Positions 63,317 through 64,000 of a stretch of 64,000 nt of DNA are shown piece after piece. This DNA comes from Candidatus Marinacidobacterales bacterium. Lineage in GTDB: Bacteria > Acidobacteriota > Vicinamibacteria > Marinacidobacterales > SMYC01. The position numbers and the translations under genes were made by a program. The stretch is from contig CBDCYI010000005.1 in the NCBI GenBank assembly GCA_965224085.1, positions 640,001 through 704,000 on the forward strand, in the 5' to 3' direction. Each line of letters starts with the position of its first letter. The first letter of the stretch is position 1. The notes beneath the pieces were generated by a model that was not told the origin of the DNA, ran no database searches, and was given only the letters and a program-made list of their open reading frames with translations.

Positions 63317-63664
63317 ATGGATATGTGGGATCAACAAGATGGTGAGAGTGCGAAGGCGTGGGCGGCGTTCATCGTCTATCGTAGTATGGGCCCGAACCGT
63401 ACGTTGCGGGCGGCGGCTGCGGCTGCTGCGGAGCTTTCACCTAGCCTGAACACTTGGAAGGGCTGGGCGAATCGTGGGGCTTGGCGTGCCCGGGCAGCGG
63501 CATGGGATGCGGCGGCGGACCGCCAGGGGATGGAGGACCACACGGTGGACGATCGACCGCAGCGGAAGCAGGACTGGGGCCAGGTGCTGGACCGAGCCCG
63601 CGCGGACTCGCGAACGCGCCCCAGTGTCAGCCGCTACCGAGTACGACGCGGCCTTCCGGAATGA
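63317..63664 (+). CDS. Phage-type hypothetical (terminase small subunit-like N-terminus)
   Basis: WDQQDGESAKAWAAF.VYR.MGP.R..W..W....W..RA.AWD pattern. Confidence 0.5.
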   Translation: MDMWDQQDGESAKAWAAFIVYRSMGPNRTLRAAAAAAAELSPSLNTWKGWANRGAWRARAAAWDAAADRQGMEDHTVDDRPQRKQDWGQVLDRARADSRTRPSVSRYRVRRGLPE

Positions 63665-63746
63665 CGCGGGCGGCTACTTTCTGCCTGCCGACGCCAGCTC
63701 TCCTGCATTTGGTCGTAAACGTTCCCGCGCGGTTTCAAAGATAATC

Positions 63747-63887
63747 CGTTGTGTCCGAAACTTCCGCGCCAGATTATCCAAGTCGATGGCCTCGATCTTC
63801 GTCACGTCCAGCTTGCCCTCAACGATTGGGGCACGCTTCGCGATCTTTATGGTCTATTTCAACAGGGCCGCGTTTTGGCACAGGACG
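63747..63887. mobile_element. Candidate MITE / paired end sites
   Basis: 63846-63887 is an inverted, mostly identical copy of 51605-51646; weaker left site CGTTGTGTCCGAAACTTCCG. Confidence 0.5.
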
Positions 63888-64000
63888 GGGAAGTCCCTCG
63901 TAAATGGCACGGCAAGCCCACACGCGGTCGACTGCATCCACAGAGGACAAACCAAAAAAGGTGTTGACACAGGGCGCATTAGCCGCGCGCGAAATCGCCC

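Noticed and set aside
63904-63920. Third sigma54 promoter (TGGCAC)
   Set aside because: No TTGC at the -12 position.

Overview
GC-rich (about 60% by eye) bacterial DNA. The gene repertoire (Oar-like TonB-dependent receptor, PQQ dehydrogenase plus cytochrome c, many multi-TM glycosyltransferases) suggests Acidobacteriota; this is an inference. Layout: (1) 1-28.4 kb, surface-glycan genes: a GtrB-like GT2, about 7 predicted GT-C-type membrane proteins (several broken), GT4s, methyltransferases and a heparinase II/III protein, interrupted by an IS1634 nested in an IS903-group element. (2) 28.5-37.6 kb, intact genes: Ser/Thr kinase, accD-folC, CAP protein and an hcrCAB-like molybdo-flavoenzyme. 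(3) 37.6-53.4 kb, a mobile-element graveyard: intact IS110 with a probable bridge-RNA region, IS6, IS256, IS3, IS903-group copies, a truncated group II intron, and a type I-E cas2/leader remnant with no array. It also holds a sigma54-type amidohydrolase-cytochrome c-PQQ dehydrogenase operon. (4) 53.4-61.9 kb, an intact sigma54-type TonB receptor / atypical GGT / M16-pair cluster. (5) The end is fragments. The least-explained signal is a family of at least 8 related (C/T)GT-starting end-like sites that sit at gene breakpoints, bracket cargo, and co-occur with a split rve-type transposase. No rRNA, tRNA or CRISPR array was seen. All calls are by eye, with no database searches. Some abrupt junctions could be assembly artefacts.
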